Notes: generated by a model from the sequence alone, not told the origin. A DNA stretch of 64,000 nt from Octopus sinensis (GCF_006345805.1 NC_043009.1:37014001-37078000), one strand, 5' to 3'; positions 12,283 to 25,885 are shown, numbered from the stretch's first letter. Numbers and translations are program-made.

Positions 12283-12644
12283 TACTCCAGGCACAAGGCC
12301 TGAAATTTTGGGGGAGGGTGCCAGTCGATCAGATCGACTCCAGTATGCAACTTGTACTTAATTTATCGACCCCGAAAGGATGAAAGGCAAATTTTAACTC
12401 AGAACGTAAAAACAGACGAAATACCTATTTCTTTACTACCCACAAGGGGCTAAACGCTGAGAGGACAAACAAGGACAGACAAACGGATTAAGTCGATTAT
12501 ATCGACCCCAGTGCGTAATTGGTACTTATTTAATCGACCCCGAAAGTATGAAAGGCAAAGTCGACCTCGGCAGAATTTGAACGGCAGACGAAATACCGCT
12601 AAGCATTCCGCCCGGCGTGCTAACGATTCTGCCAGCTCCCCGCC
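12283..12644 (-). mobile_element. SINE B dimer: young-tailed unit (12426-12644) joined to an old-tailed, 5'-truncated unit (12283-12425)
   Basis: Minus-strand junction aaagaaata|ggtatttcgtc; the two units have different tails. Confidence 0.85.
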
Positions 12645-12718
12645 TTGGAAACACAAAAATTGTAGCTCACTCAATCAGTCAGCTAATCAAAACTTTCACC
12701 GGACAGTCATTCAATTAA

Positions 12719-13041
12719 AAGACTCCGCCGGTTACGACGACGAGGGTCCCAGCTGATACGATCAACGGAACAGCTTGCTCGTGAAATTAACGTGCAAATG
12801 GCTGAGCATTCCACAGACACGTGTACCCTTAACGTAGTTCTCGGGGATAATCAGCGTGACACAGAGAGTGACAAGGCTGACCCTTTGAAATACAAGTACA
12901 ACTCATTTTTGCCAGCTGAGTGGACTGGAGCAACGTGAAATAAAGTGTCTTGCTCAAGGACACAACGCGTCGCCGGGAATCGAACTCACAACCTTACGAT
13001 CATGAGCCGAATGCCCTAACCACTAAGCCACGCGCCCTCAT
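12719..13041 (-). mobile_element. SINE C variant (different head and middle, shared 3' half) with TSD
   Basis: 13-bp TSD gtcattcaattaa at 12706-12718 and 13042-13054. The 3' half matches about 1095-1270. Confidence 0.9.
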
Positions 13042-13049
13042 GTCATTCA

Positions 13050-13520
13050 ATTAATCAACCACCTGATCAACGAATAGGTCAGTCTCAGCCGGCCAATCAG
13101 CTAGCCAGTCACACTCACTCACTCACTCAATAAATCAATCAAACATTTAGAAAACTAATCAATCTTTTCATCATTCAATCATTCATTTAATTAACTATCT
13201 AATCAATGAACATGTCAATCAGTGAATAAATCACTCACACAATCAACCTCTCAAGAATTAAGACATTCAATCAACCCGTCATTCACTCCATCGATCTACC
13301 AACCTGTCTTTAAATTAATCATTCAGTCAGTAAATCAATCGAATCAGCAATCGGTTAATCTTCCATCCTGTCGGCAATACAATCTATCAGTCAGTCGGAC
13401 AACCAATCAGTCAAATCTAACAGTCTGTTAGTCAGCCAAACAGTCACCCAATCGTTCACCCAATTAGTTGACCCACTCAATCAATATTCATTCATTCAAT
13501 CAATCAGTCTGTTAGTCAAT
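13050..13520 (+). repeat. Degenerate (TCAA/TCAG/ATTC)n low-complexity tract
   Basis: Cryptic tetranucleotide periodicity. Confidence 0.75.
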
Positions 13521-13876
13521 CAATCAATATGCATGATCTGATGCGAATGTTATATAAAACTACTAAACGGGAAAAAGGCCCAAATTGGTGAGATTAATTC
13601 TGTGAATTTCTCAAGCGTGGATGAGTAATTTATCAAGATGAGGAGCAAAACAAATAAGTCTCTACGTTGTTGCCCAACTTGCTAAAAAATAACAACGAAA
13701 ATGCTCTGTTTACCTATGCATCTATTAAAAAAAGGATATATTTGTTTATATAATCATAGATATACGAAGATATATTATGGCCACAGCTAGAATGCCGTAA
13801 TTGCAACATTAACGACAACACTGGAAATCCGCACCACGTCATATGACCATCCCCTTACATATTTAGTTGCAGGTAT

Positions 13877-14103
13877 GGCGAGCTGGCAGAAACGTTAGCA
13901 CGCCGGGCGAAATGCTTAGCGGTATTTCGTCTGCCGTTACGTTGTGAGTTCAAATTCCGCCGAGGTCGACTTTGCCTTTCATCCTTTCGGGGTCGATAAA
14001 TTAAGTACCAGTTACGCACTGGGGTCGATGTAATCGACTTAATACCTATGTCTGTCCTTGTTTGTCCCCACTATGTTTAGCCCCTTGTGGGCAATAAAGA
14101 AAT
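13877..14103 (+). mobile_element. SINE group B, young full-length copy with TSD
   Basis: A-box-like tggcagaaacg, B-box-like gagttcaaattcc, central gtcgactttgcctttcatcctttcggggtcgataaattaagtaccag (resembles the Meta/MESC SINE core). TSD aggtatggcg at 13871-13880 and 14104-14113. Confidence 0.93.
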
Positions 14104-14931
14104 AGGTATGGCGTATCTTAGAATACAGTATAATTATGTGGTCTAATATTTTTTTAAAGAAGTTCTTAGAGTATGATTTCAGAGAAATTTAGCAGCTTTT
14201 TTTTTATCAGCATATCGAATGATCACCTGGTGGTTTATGTATAAATCGTACAACAGTGTGTTGATGGTCACAATAAATAGTGGGAATAATGTATTATAGA
14301 CGAGTGCTTCGTTGCTTTGCTCAACTGAAATCCTATTATAGGAATATGTACGTAAGTGCGTGAGTGCGAAAGTGTATGTGTGTGTGTGTGAGTTTGTGTC
14401 TGTAAGTGTGTGTGTGTGTGTGTGTGTGTGTCTGTGTGTCTGTGTGTCTGTGTGTGTGCGTGCGCATTGTATCAAAAGCACGACAGCGTTCTAGTTTTAT
14501 TTTCTTTTTAAATTTTCCATATTTTCGTTTGATTTCTTTGTGATTTGCTTCGAAATTAAGCCACTTAAATCCTTCATTAACGTTTCTCAGACTCATTTTC
14601 TGTACGAAGTGGTGTTAGTGTGCATGATTGCCGCTTAAGAGAATCAGGGTGAGTGCAATTGATACTATCATTATCACCGAAATTTGAAATTCGCAGAGTT
14701 TACGTAATATCGGGACGGTAAAGAATTGCTTTAATCTTGTTTATTAATAGCGTTTGTTATATGTGTGTATATTTGCTGTTCAGTGAATATTGCCACATTC
14801 TTAAAGTTATATTTTTGGAAGAATTCGATATACTATAGCTGTAACTTTTTACCAATATTTTCCCCATTTTGTGCTGTCTTATTGTGTGAGATTTAGTATG
14901 TATTGAGATTTCTTCAAGCTTTTAGTGTATA

Positions 14932-15243
14932 GGCGTAGGAGTGGCTGTGTGGTAAGTAGCTTGCTTACCAATAACATGGTTCCGGGTTCAGTCCCACTGC
15001 GTGACACCTTGGGCAAATGTCTTCTTCTATAGCCTCGGGCCAACCAAAGCCTTGTGAGTGGATTTGGTAGACGGAAACTGAAAGAAGCCCGTCGTATATA
15101 TGTATATATATATATTATATTAAATTAGAGATAAAACCACTATTAGGCAAATCAAACAGTGACAATCATAAGCCAATACATAGAAATAAAATTAATTTTA
15201 AAATATATAAAAAATATAAAATATAAAATATAAAAATCCAATT

Positions 15244-15293
<50 letters not shown>

Positions 15294-15487
15294 CATCTTT
15301 GTGTGTCTGTGTTTGTCCCCCCAACATCATTTGACAACCGATGCTGGTGTGTTTACGTCTCCGTAACATAGCGGTTCAGCAAAAGTGACCGATAGAATAA
15401 GTACTAGGCTTACAAAGAATAAGTCCTGGGGTCGATTTGCTCGACTAAAGGCAGTGCTCCATCATGGCCGCAGTCAAATGACCGAAA
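14932..15487 (+). mobile_element. SINE group A with an about 140-bp AT-rich insert inside its internal (TA)n
   Basis: Head 14932-15110 and tail 15250-15487 match other A copies; 15111-15250 is extra sequence. Confidence 0.88.
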
Positions 15488-15801
15488 GATCCTATTAAAC
15501 TGGAAAGAACTGTTTCGAAAATACATTTCATCTGTTATCTTTTACTTGCACCAGTCAATTGACTACAGCCATGCTAGAGTACTGCCTTGTAAAATTAGAC
15601 CTGCAATAAATGGTAAAACTACAACACAGTCGTATTTTTATTGCATGTTTGACAAAAAAGCTGGACCTCGGGTGTGTAGGTGTGTGAGTGTGTGTGTGTG
15701 TGCGCGCAAGCGGAGGGGATAGTGTTTATATTTATGTATACCTGTCTTACTCTCTATCAACATGCATACACACACATAAACACACACACAAATATAGTAT
15801 A

Positions 15802-15904
15802 TCTTTTTACATGTTTCAATCATTAGACTGCTCCATGCTGGGTAAAAGGAAAAGTCAGTTGGCAGCGATGGGATTCGAACCCGAACCCCAGCCCACACCT
15901 CCGA

Positions 15905-15905
<1 letters not shown>
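15802..15905 (-). pseudogene. tRNA-Leu 3'-half fragment fused to a SINE-A-like tail
   Basis: Minus strand TTCGGAGGTGTGGG[12-nt insert]TTCGAATCCCATCGCTGCCA resembles the tRNA-Leu variable arm, T-arm and acceptor. It is followed by TTTT runs and ccagcatggagcagtctaatgattgaaacatgtaaaaaga. Confidence 0.65.
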
Positions 15906-15949
<44 letters not shown>

Positions 15950-15953
15950 ATAT

Positions 15954-16060
15954 GACGAAAGATCTCCGCTCGAAACGTAAAATCGTCCTTCTTCCCTTCC
16001 TTCCAGGTCCTCGTGTTGTGTTTTTTCTTTGAATTTTCATGTTTGGATTAACTTTATATG
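15954..16060 (+). mobile_element. PLE-like tail fragment with a truncated hammerhead-like motif
   Basis: gacgaaagatctccgctcgaaacg and downstream sequence are homologous to about 62599-62745; starts at a (TA)n tract. Confidence 0.55.
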
Positions 16061-16076
16061 TATATATATATACATA

Positions 16077-16641
<565 letters not shown>

Positions 16642-18008
16642 AAGCGTGCCTAAATCACACAAATTACACTTACAGCCATAAAACTGTACTCATTGCTGAG
16701 TTTTCTCGTATATTTTCATTAATTATATTTTCTACATTTTAACGTCAGCCACTTTTCCCTCAACTGTATCTTTTCTACTGCAAATCTATTCAGACCTATT
16801 CATATATATTAGTATCAATTGTGGTGTATACGTTAACGATATCGTTTACAGTTGACATCTTTATTGATTCAAGTAGCTGGGCACATTGATTTACAACTAA
16901 TACTTAACGTGTTAAACTGTCTGATTTCTCTCTTCCCGGGTAACCCTCAATAGGAAACCATGTACTCCGTATCTTGAGTCGTGCCTTATTCTACGTACAG
17001 GCAGTTAACTGTTGCGTTAACAATAGGAACAAACATTTGTAATATTAATCATACTTATTTGAGCCTTAAGTGTATTACATGGTACGCTATGTCTTATTAG
17101 CTTCAGGTGACAATGTCTTTGTGTCAGCTAATACAATTGTGTGTGCATAAGAGTGCAGTTCAGTGTCATGTTCGAATTTAACAATGGAATACACTCTGGG
17201 GAAGAGTGAAGTAAAGTAAAGTAAAGAGGAATTATTTTTAATCAACTCGGAACGATGAAATATAAAGTTGTTCTCGGTAGGACTTGAATTCAAAACGTAA
17301 CTAAATACTGCGACGTATTTTGCTTGCTTCTCTATCATCTCGCCTCTCTTTTAATGTATAAATAAACACATATGTACATACATACACACAAACCTATATA
17401 ATACATAGATACATACAAGAACATGATAATAGACACATACATACATAGATATGTGTTTACATGTGTGTGTATGTGTGTGAATATATACATATATATGTAC
17501 ATGTAATATATTCATATACATGCATACATGCATACACATACATACATACACACAATATTTGGAATAATTTGGCGAAATGCGTTTTTTTTTTTTAATATTC
17601 TATTTTTGCTTGCAATAGCCGGTTCTTTTGGTGAAACTGTTGTTTCTCGAGCTGCTTCAGATGCCAAGATACCAAAAATTGTCAACGTTTTGTTATGAAA
17701 TGGTGAAACTATTATTTCGTTTTCTGAAAAAGTAACGTTTTGGTCTTACGACACTTTTGCATAATAGCAACTATGTATGTATTATGTGTGTGTGGTGTGT
17801 GTGTGTGTGTGTGGTGTGTGTGTGTTGTGTGTGTGTGTGTGTGTGTATGTGTGTTCAGAAAATCTTCAATAGAGATCCTTCCGGTCTTTTGTTCAGCGTC
17901 ACGTAAGTATCTTGTTAAGGTTATTTTTTCAGATTTTCTTTAGAAATCATAGCCAGCACTGATTTTGTTACAACGTTTCGTATCCGAGTACACATAATAT
18001 AAACAACG

Positions 18009-18453
18009 AGTGCCGGTGTAGTATGTGATCTACAAAAAATGTTTCTGGCATAGCTTGTGATCTACAAAAAATGTTTCTGGTATAGCTTGTGATCTACATT
18101 AGTTCAAATAGTATAGTTCGTGATCTACACCGACTTTTTGATCTACATTTAAAATTCATCTATTTACTCGACTTCCGGTTGGTTTGGTATATAAACCAAA
18201 ACAACTTTTATGATTTAAACACTTTTAGCCCTGAGCCCATTAAAATGAATCATGATGAGAGCAAAAGAACTTTACACACAGGTTTTTCAAGATGAAGAGG
18301 CTGCAATAGAATTTCTCTGACGTTATGAACTCTGTGTTGAACATGGAGATATTGATCCACCTCTAATTATGATTACAAATTTTGAATGTAAATCACAAGT
18401 CAGTCTAGATTTAAGTTGCTGTAGATCACAATGGCATGCAGATCACCGGCACC
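18009..18453 (+). mobile_element. Merlin-like DNA transposon deletion derivative
   Basis: Termini (a/g)gtgccggtg / caccggcacc; five subterminal gatctaca repeats on the left and an inverted one on the right; degenerate 8-bp TSD aaacaacg/caacaatg. Internal MMRAKELYTQVFQDEEAAIEFL resembles a Merlin/IS1016-type transposase N-terminus. Confidence 0.55.
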
Positions 18454-19089
18454 CAACAATGCGATCGAAGATGGAAAATGGGTTATGGGCATGTATAACA
18501 TATTTAAGGAGTTTTTGCTCCTTCCTCAGCACCCATCCAACCTATTAACCCCTCATGCACCCATTGCTTAAACAGTCATTAAATATAGCGATACCAGTTT
18601 TATATTTTCAACCATTTCTGGCAGCTGATACGTAAATATTAATGCAACTATAATATACTACAAAATATATTATATGTTTTTCTAAGCCAATACCATGTTC
18701 TACTGTGTTAGCAGTGCAATTAAATCATTGTTAAGGATATCTCTACAAACTATAGCCAAAACTGATTTCGTTACGACATTTCGTATCCGAGTACGTAAAC
18801 GGCAATGAGACTGAAAATGAAAAATGGGCCAATTGGTGTGCATGCAATAATTCAGGAGTATTTGTTCCTCACTCAGTACACATCCAATCCATTAACTATC
18901 CACGAATTCATTGCTTAAATAGCCACTAAATATAGCGGTGTAACATATAGTTGATTTAGTAGACATGTTGACTTGAGCTGCAGAAGATGACAACTCTTCC
19001 ATATGAGCTCATATCCAAGTTAATTTTGGTTTCATGTTGAATATAGTATAGAACATATTCATCTGCCATTGTTATATCCCAGAACTGTT

Positions 19090-19915
19090 TGAACTGAGAT
19101 ACAACAACTTGTCTTTAATTGGTAATGATACTGGGCGGTAATGCCACGAAAAGATTTCTTATTCCGAAAGCTACTCACAATATAATCTCCAGTGGAGTGT
19201 ACATAAACAGTCCTTTTAGTAGTTGATATTAAGCGAAGATTATTGTCTTAAACTATACACTAATCCTCAGAAATCCATAGGTTTACAGCAATGTCAAAGA
19301 TATGAAGTGATGAAATCATCTCCTTCATCAAATTACTCAATATCTCGCGTTGGAAAAGGTATTACTGCAGATGTCTACATAGTATTCCGAACAACAGCTG
19401 AGATCCTCGCAGACTGGGTACTGCAAACGAATAACATCAAAAACAATATTTTCCAGAAAAGTCCATTATTCTATCTTCTATTAGTAAGTGCTTTGATCCC
19501 TCACACTCATATATTACAAAGACGAAATGAAAGTAATATCAAGCCAATCACGTTGAGGGAATTAAACATCAAAGATTTCAAAGTTTCTCCAAATGTAGGA
19601 AGACAACGATTCTTTCCCATCTTCTTTTAGAATTCTTATCATTCATCCTGGGATGTAATATTTGGTATTGACAAATACAAAGTGTTTATAAGGAATTAAA
19701 GAAATGTTGTTAAATCTGAAGCAATTAGCTTTCGAAATACCTCTGGTGGAAAAAAGATATAAATATTTGGGTATGCGGAAAACTATCGAAGTGAAGCCGA
19801 AGAAATAGAAGAATGAAGTTATAAAATATGTCAAGGAAGATGAAGTTTCTAGAAGCAAAATCAAATAGAATCATTAAAGTTATTGACACCGGAAAAATAA
19901 CAATATTTTGATATT
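19090..19915 (+). pseudogene. Highly degenerate RT of an RLE-type (Dong/R4/NeSL-like) LINE
   Basis: Ordered remnants NIFQ..SPL..L.ALIP.THIL, GM*.FGIDK, YKYLG and NRIIKVIDT match the RT motif order of this group. Confidence 0.6.
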
Positions 19916-19958
19916 CAGCAGTCATTTTTTTTTTCAGTAGCCGATATATTAACGGAGT

Positions 19959-20341
19959 GGAGGCGCAATGGCCCAGTGGTTAGGGCAGCGGACTCGCGGT
20001 CATAGGATCGCGGTTTCGATTCCCAGACCGGCGTTGTGAGTGTTTATTGAGCGAAAACACCTAAAGAGCTCCACGAGGCTCCGGCAGGGGATGGTGGTGA
20101 TCCCTGCTGTACTCTTTACCACAACTTTCTCTCACTCTTACTTCCTGTTTCTGTTGTACCTGTATTTCAAAGGGCCGGCCTTGTCACTCTCTGTGTCACG
20201 CTGAATATCCCCGAGAACTGTTAAGGGTGCACGTGTCTGTGGAGTGCTCAGCCACTTACACGTTAATTCACGAGCAGGCTGTTCTGTTGATTCGGATCAA
20301 CCGGAACCCTCATCGTCGTAACCGACGGAGTGCTTCCATCC
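19959..20341 (+). mobile_element. SINE group C with TSD
   Basis: Near-identical to 897-1280. TSD atattaacgga(g/a)tgga at 19946-19961 and 20342-20357. Confidence 0.92.
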
Positions 20342-22142
20342 ATATTAACGGAATGGAATTAACAGATGCATTGTTTACAATGCATGATGAATTGCATCCA
20401 CAAAACAACCTCGATAGATTTTATATATATCAAAGAAAGAAAGAGACAAAAAACAACCAAATGTAATAGACACAGTTTACTTTTTGGCAATTATAAGTAC
20501 AAAGAAGTATGTCAATAAAATGAAAGAAAGTATATATCTGCAACTAAACAGATGAAAGTTTAAGAACACAGAGAGACAGGAAAGGATTAGAAAGAAAATA
20601 GAAAACACAGGATGGAAATGTGTAATGAAAAGAAAGAAATGTTAGATGGGGAGTTTCTTAGGTAAATAGACATAGAATTAGGGGAACTAGTTTTGGGTGG
20701 AAGATGAAAGACTAATAAGAGAAGCAGAAATCTTGATTATGGTTGTGCAACAACAGAGGAGTGCAACAAAACTCGTTAAACTAAAAATACCGTCCCCCAT
20801 CAAAAGAAAAAAAAATTCGTGGTGTCAGTAATGGGACCAGGAAGAACTATCAAAGACGTGGTGTCTGTATCAGGGAAGATAACAAGTAAGGAACATAAAA
20901 GACAATATTGCAGATGTAAATAAAGGGTGTGAATATTTATCGGTAATAACACGCAAACAGCTGTTCGATAAAGTGTAAAAGACTGAATTTGTCGACTCAA
21001 AAAGGAATTTGTTGAAAACTGACATACATTATTTTGTACGAATTCTTCAAAAAAAAAAAAATAGTTAAATGATGATTTTTCAATAAATTGCTGGGTATTG
21101 ACTTGAGTGTTGACTTTGCTCTAAATCTCAAGAGATGACTCAGTTGACAAGATTCAACGCGAAACTTTACTACAACAATTACAATGCTTTCTTTGCAAAC
21201 AAATGTTTAACGATTCATTTTGGGAGAGGAAGGAAGTAACGAGATTTTGTTCAGAACTTAAATGACATTTATTTTGACGACCATGGAGGAATAAAAGGCT
21301 AAGAAGAAATTTATTTTGAAGGTTCATTTCGAAGAATGCGCTCACCTTCATATGTCAACATCAAAACAAATATATTGCAGAGAATTTTATCCTACTCGCG
21401 TCTGAGTATATTGTATTCGCTATAGAAAATTTCTCTGATCACTTTCGAAAGTTTTGGGAGGTTCTTAAGCAATGCTTTAAATTTCCACTTTAAATAGAAT
21501 TCTCCTCTGCTCGAAACCGCACTTCGTCATTCAAGCGTCGACTATCTATTCCCATTGTACTGGTAGTTTTCTTCTCTTTATCTTTGTTTTCTTTTCTCCT
21601 CTTTATCTTTTTATGACTCTCTATTCTTTCCTTCTTTTCGAACTCCAATGAATAAATCTATTTCTGTCTGCTATCTTTGGTTTCATAATTTTACGTCCCA
21701 ACCTCCATCACACTTACACACACACATACACACACACACACTACGCACGCACGCACACACAAACAGGGAATATAGGCCGCTCTGAGATATTTCTCTTAGC
21801 TTACTTTGTTTCAACTATGCAAATTACTCTAGACCATAATTTAAAATAAAAAATTATTGCAAATATCAAAATCATGTCTCTAGTTGATTTCAAGGTAGGT
21901 CGGTGACTGGGCTGATGACGCCTATAGAGATAGAAACATTGTACTTATGTTTCAATAAAAGATAAAAACAACACACGGTATTTTCCTTAAAGCCATGTGA
22001 ATTCATTTGACTTTTTGATTCCTTATGTTATCTCTTCTCATTGAGAGTGGCATGCCATTGCCCCTTGGCCTTTGTGTACTTTGTCTTCAAACAAAGATAA
22101 TTCAAGAATTTATCTTGTACAGTATTTAGTATGCATTTATTA

Positions 22143-22182
<40 letters not shown>

Positions 22183-22552
22183 AGTATGTGCGTCTATGAA
22201 TGAGTGTTTGTGTATATAAATATATATACACATAAAACATATATATATGTATACACACACACACACACATGTATATATATTGTGTGTGGTCGGGGAGATG
22301 GTCATGGTAGTAATGAAGTGGTATTGATGGTTTTAGAGGGGGTGATGGTCACGGTGGTTGTGGTGACATTGTTGGCTATAGTGGGTTGTGATATTGGCAG
22401 TGATGGTGATGGCGGTGGTTGATATGTAGGAAGTGGTGATGATGTTGCTATTGCCATTGTTATTTGAATATTTGTCTCCATCCTATTTCCTTCCTCTTTG
22501 TTGAGTGTCTTCATCCGATACACCAGATACGTCTGCAAACACATCACGCTGA

Positions 22553-22804
22553 TGTTGCTGTTGTTGTTGTTGTTGTTGTTGCTCTTCTTCTTCTTCTTCT
22601 TCTTCTTCTTCTTCTTCTTCTTCTTCGTCTTCTTACTTCTTCGTCTTCTTCTTCTTCTTCTTCTTTTCCTTCTTCTTCTTCTTCTTCTTTTCCTTCTTCT
22701 TCTTCTTCTTTTCCTTCTTTTCCTTCTTCTTCTTCTTCTTTTCCTTCTTCTTTTCTTCTTCTTCTTTTCCTTCTTCCTTCTTCTTCTTCTTCCTTCTTCC
22801 TCTT

Positions 22805-22838
<34 letters not shown>

Positions 22839-23215
22839 TTTTCCTGTCTCTTCTTCTTCTTCATTCTCTTCTCTTTTCTTCTTCTTCTCTTCTTCTTCTT
22901 CTTCTTCTTTCTCTTCTTCTTCTTCTTCTTCTTCTTCCCTTCTTCTTTTCCTTCTTTTCTTCTTCTTCTCTTCTTCTTTCTCTTCTTCTTCTTCTTCTTC
23001 TTTTTCTCCTTCTTCTTCTTCTTCTTCTTTTCTCTTCTTTTCCCTCTTCTTTTCTTCTTCTTCTTCTTCTTCGTCTTTTCCTTCTTCTTCTCCTTCTTTC
23101 GTCTCCTTCTTCTTCTTCTACTTCTTCTTCTCTTCTTCTTCTTCTTCTTCTTCTCTTCTCTTCTTCTTCTTCTTCTTCTCTCTTCTTCTTCTTCTTCTTC
23201 GTCTCCTTCGTCTTC
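22553..23215 (+). repeat. (GTT)n followed by an about 630-bp degenerate (CTT)n polypyrimidine tract
   Basis: Read directly from the sequence; it produces the spurious 245-262 aa ORFs. Confidence 0.97.
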
Positions 23216-23386
23216 TCTCTCCAGCTCCATCACGTGATTTTTCAAACATGCCTCCATTTTCTTTTGTTGTTTCCATCTCATTTTAACACCATTTGTTGCT
23301 TTCTTTTAACCAAACAATGATTAAAGTGGGAAAAGATTTATCGATTTCTATTCAATTATTTATTTCATTTCCATACATTTTTCTGC

Positions 23387-23388
<2 letters not shown>

Positions 23389-23440
<52 letters not shown>

Positions 23441-23483
23441 GCTATTGTTGTTGTTGCTGTTATTATTATTATTATTATTATTA

Positions 23484-23523
<40 letters not shown>

Positions 23524-23554
23524 TTATTATTATTATTGCTATTGTTGTTGTTGC

Positions 23555-23608
<54 letters not shown>

Positions 23609-23710
23609 GTGTTATTATTATTATTATTGTTATTATCACTATTATTATTATTATCATTATTATTATTATTATTATTATTATTTTATTATTATTATTATTT
23701 CATCATTATC
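23389..23710 (+). repeat. (TAT)n tract with a duplicated tgctattgttgttgttgctg interruption
   Basis: The interruption occurs at about 23440 and 23537. Confidence 0.95.
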
Positions 23711-23992
23711 ATTGTTCATTTATTTATTTTTTTTTGCTCCTCCTTGTCTTAAAACATTTAGCTTTGTATATACAATCACAGAGAAAGGAAAAACGTTGCC
23801 CAGTGATAGCCAATTGTGATAAAACGTACTAAAGTAAGTAAATAGACGAAATACGTGATTTGACTGTGGACATTAAAAGGAGTGGGTGGAAAGTGAAGCG
23901 GGAAAAATCAAAAGAAAAAAATAACAAGAAACAGATTCAGAATAGAAGAGCCAGAGGAACAGTAGTTTATTTTAATGATACTTACATACATA

Positions 23993-24221
23993 TTTCTATA
24001 CTACCCACAAGGGGCTAAACACAGAGGGGACAAACAAGGACAGACAAAGGGATTTAGTCGATTACATCGATCCCAGTGCGTAACTGGTACTTAATTTATC
24101 GACCCCGAAAGGATGAAAGGCAAAGTCGACCTCGGCGGAATTTGAACTCAGAACGTAACGGCAGACGAAATACGGCTTCGCATTTCGCCCGGCGTGCTAA
24201 CGTTTCTGCCAGTTCGCCGCC
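23993..24221 (-). mobile_element. SINE group B with TSD, next to (TACA)n
   Basis: TSD cttacatacata at 23981-23992 and 24221-24232. Confidence 0.92.
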
Positions 24222-24233
24222 TTACATACATAC

Positions 24234-24305
<72 letters not shown>

Positions 24306-24364
24306 ATACACAAAGAATAATTTGATAGTCACTTTGATATATCGATTTAAGCTCTTATAAGACA

Positions 24365-24734
24365 TACTCTTTTACTTGTTTCAGTCATTTGACTGCGGCC
24401 ATGCTGGATCACCGCCTTTAGTCGAGCAAATCGACCCCAGGACTTATCCTGTGGATGCCTAGTACTTATTCTATCGGTATCTTTTCCCGAACCACTAAGT
24501 TACAGGGACATAAACACACCAGCATCGGTTGTCAAGCGATGTTGGGGTGAGGACAAACACAAACACACAAACATATAAACGCACATAAATATACATGTAT
24601 ATATACACATATATACTACGGGCTTCTTTCAGTTTCCGTCTACCAAATCCACTCACAAGACTTTGGTCGGCCCGAGGCTATAGTAGAAGACACCTGTCCA
24701 AGGAGCCACGCAGTGGGAATGAACCCGGAACCAT
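24365..24734 (-). mobile_element. SINE group A lacking its first about 35 nt
   Basis: Head stops at gaacccggaaccat and joins the RLE fragment directly. Confidence 0.9.
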
Positions 24735-25143
24735 AACAGAGCATAACAAACCGGATCTATTAGTGGTGGATAAGGTGCACCACATATGCTATATAGCTGA
24801 TGTTGCATGCCCTTTTGATCTACGCATAGTCAAGAAGGAAGGCGAAAAGATAGATTGATACGTCCCTCCTAAGTTCGAAATAGCCCGGCTATGGAAAATG
24901 AAGAAGGTGAAGATAGTTCCAGTTATTGTTGGGTCCTTGGAAACAGTATCAAAAGGCATCTAGGGGAATATAAAGGAAATTGGAATAGTGGGCCCAGTAA
25001 AACTGTCACAAAAGGTTTGCCACCTTGGCACGGCCAGAATAATCAGGTAAGTATAATGTAACTGAAAAGAGCGAATATCAGGTAGTAAGCCCGCTATGCA
25101 TGCAAGACTGAAGGAGCTCCAACAAAACCTGTGATAAAGAGAA
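24735..25143 (+). mobile_element. RLE-type LINE 3' fragment 1 (PD-(D/E)xK endonuclease domain)
   Basis: EHNKPDLLVVDK..CYIADVACPFD.RIVKKEGEK...EIARLW...VPVIVGSL...LGTARIIR; followed by (AAT)n. Confidence 0.9.
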
Positions 25144-25159
25144 AATAATAATAATAATA

Positions 25160-25230
<71 letters not shown>

Positions 25231-25818
25231 TAGAACTTCAGCGTTCAAACTGACACAAAGATAGATGTAAAATGGCCAGACGTATCTATCAAGACCTACC
25301 AAAAACTGGGCAAGTATAAAGATCATGAAATAGAAATTGGCAAAAATGTGGAACCTTAAGACTAAAACAATACCTGCTGCCATAGGTGCCCAAGGAATGT
25401 TAACAAAAGGAGCTAATTGCTACATAACACAGATACTAGGAAATCCCAAAAATAGAAGAAATTCAAAAAATACTGCTCATGGGATCTGTCCATATCCTAC
25501 GTAAAATATTGTCTATGTAATCCTCAAAATATTTTAATCCGTAAACAGTGTCATAATACTTTTTAACGTACATAGCAACAAACACATTTTCCTGTCATCT
25601 TAACATCAGACTATTATCTTATAAGCAAATTACTTTTAAAACAAACTTCTAATTTATTTATGTTTTGACAGACATTCTCTAGAACAATGCTTAGTGCAAA
25701 ACCAAATATACGCCACACTAGTCATAACAGTAACTTGAACTTCTAACTTGTCTCCTAAGGTCTCCTGGGTGAGACCTGGAGTCAACTTGTACAAATACAA
25801 AGCAAAAGCCAAGCATAT
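25231..25818 (+). mobile_element. RLE-type LINE 3' fragment 2 (different family, internally deleted endonuclease plus 3'UTR)
   Basis: FSVQTD....WPD|VSIK.YQKLGKYKDHEIEI..WNLKTKTIP..IGA.G...EIQKILLMGSVHILRKILS; (AAT)n on both sides. Confidence 0.85.
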
Positions 25819-25828
25819 AATAATAATG

Positions 25829-25885
<57 letters not shown>

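Noticed and set aside
21140-21290. Possible exon VDKIQRETLLQQLQCFLCKQMFNDSFWERK
   Set aside because: No polypyrimidine acceptor, weak donor and no recognisable domain.
22464-23832. Long ORFs of 245-262 aa (poly-K/R/E, poly-S/F/L) and 126-179 aa (poly-I/Y/L)
   Set aside because: They are stop-free frames of (CTT)n and (TAT)n repeats, with no splice or domain evidence.
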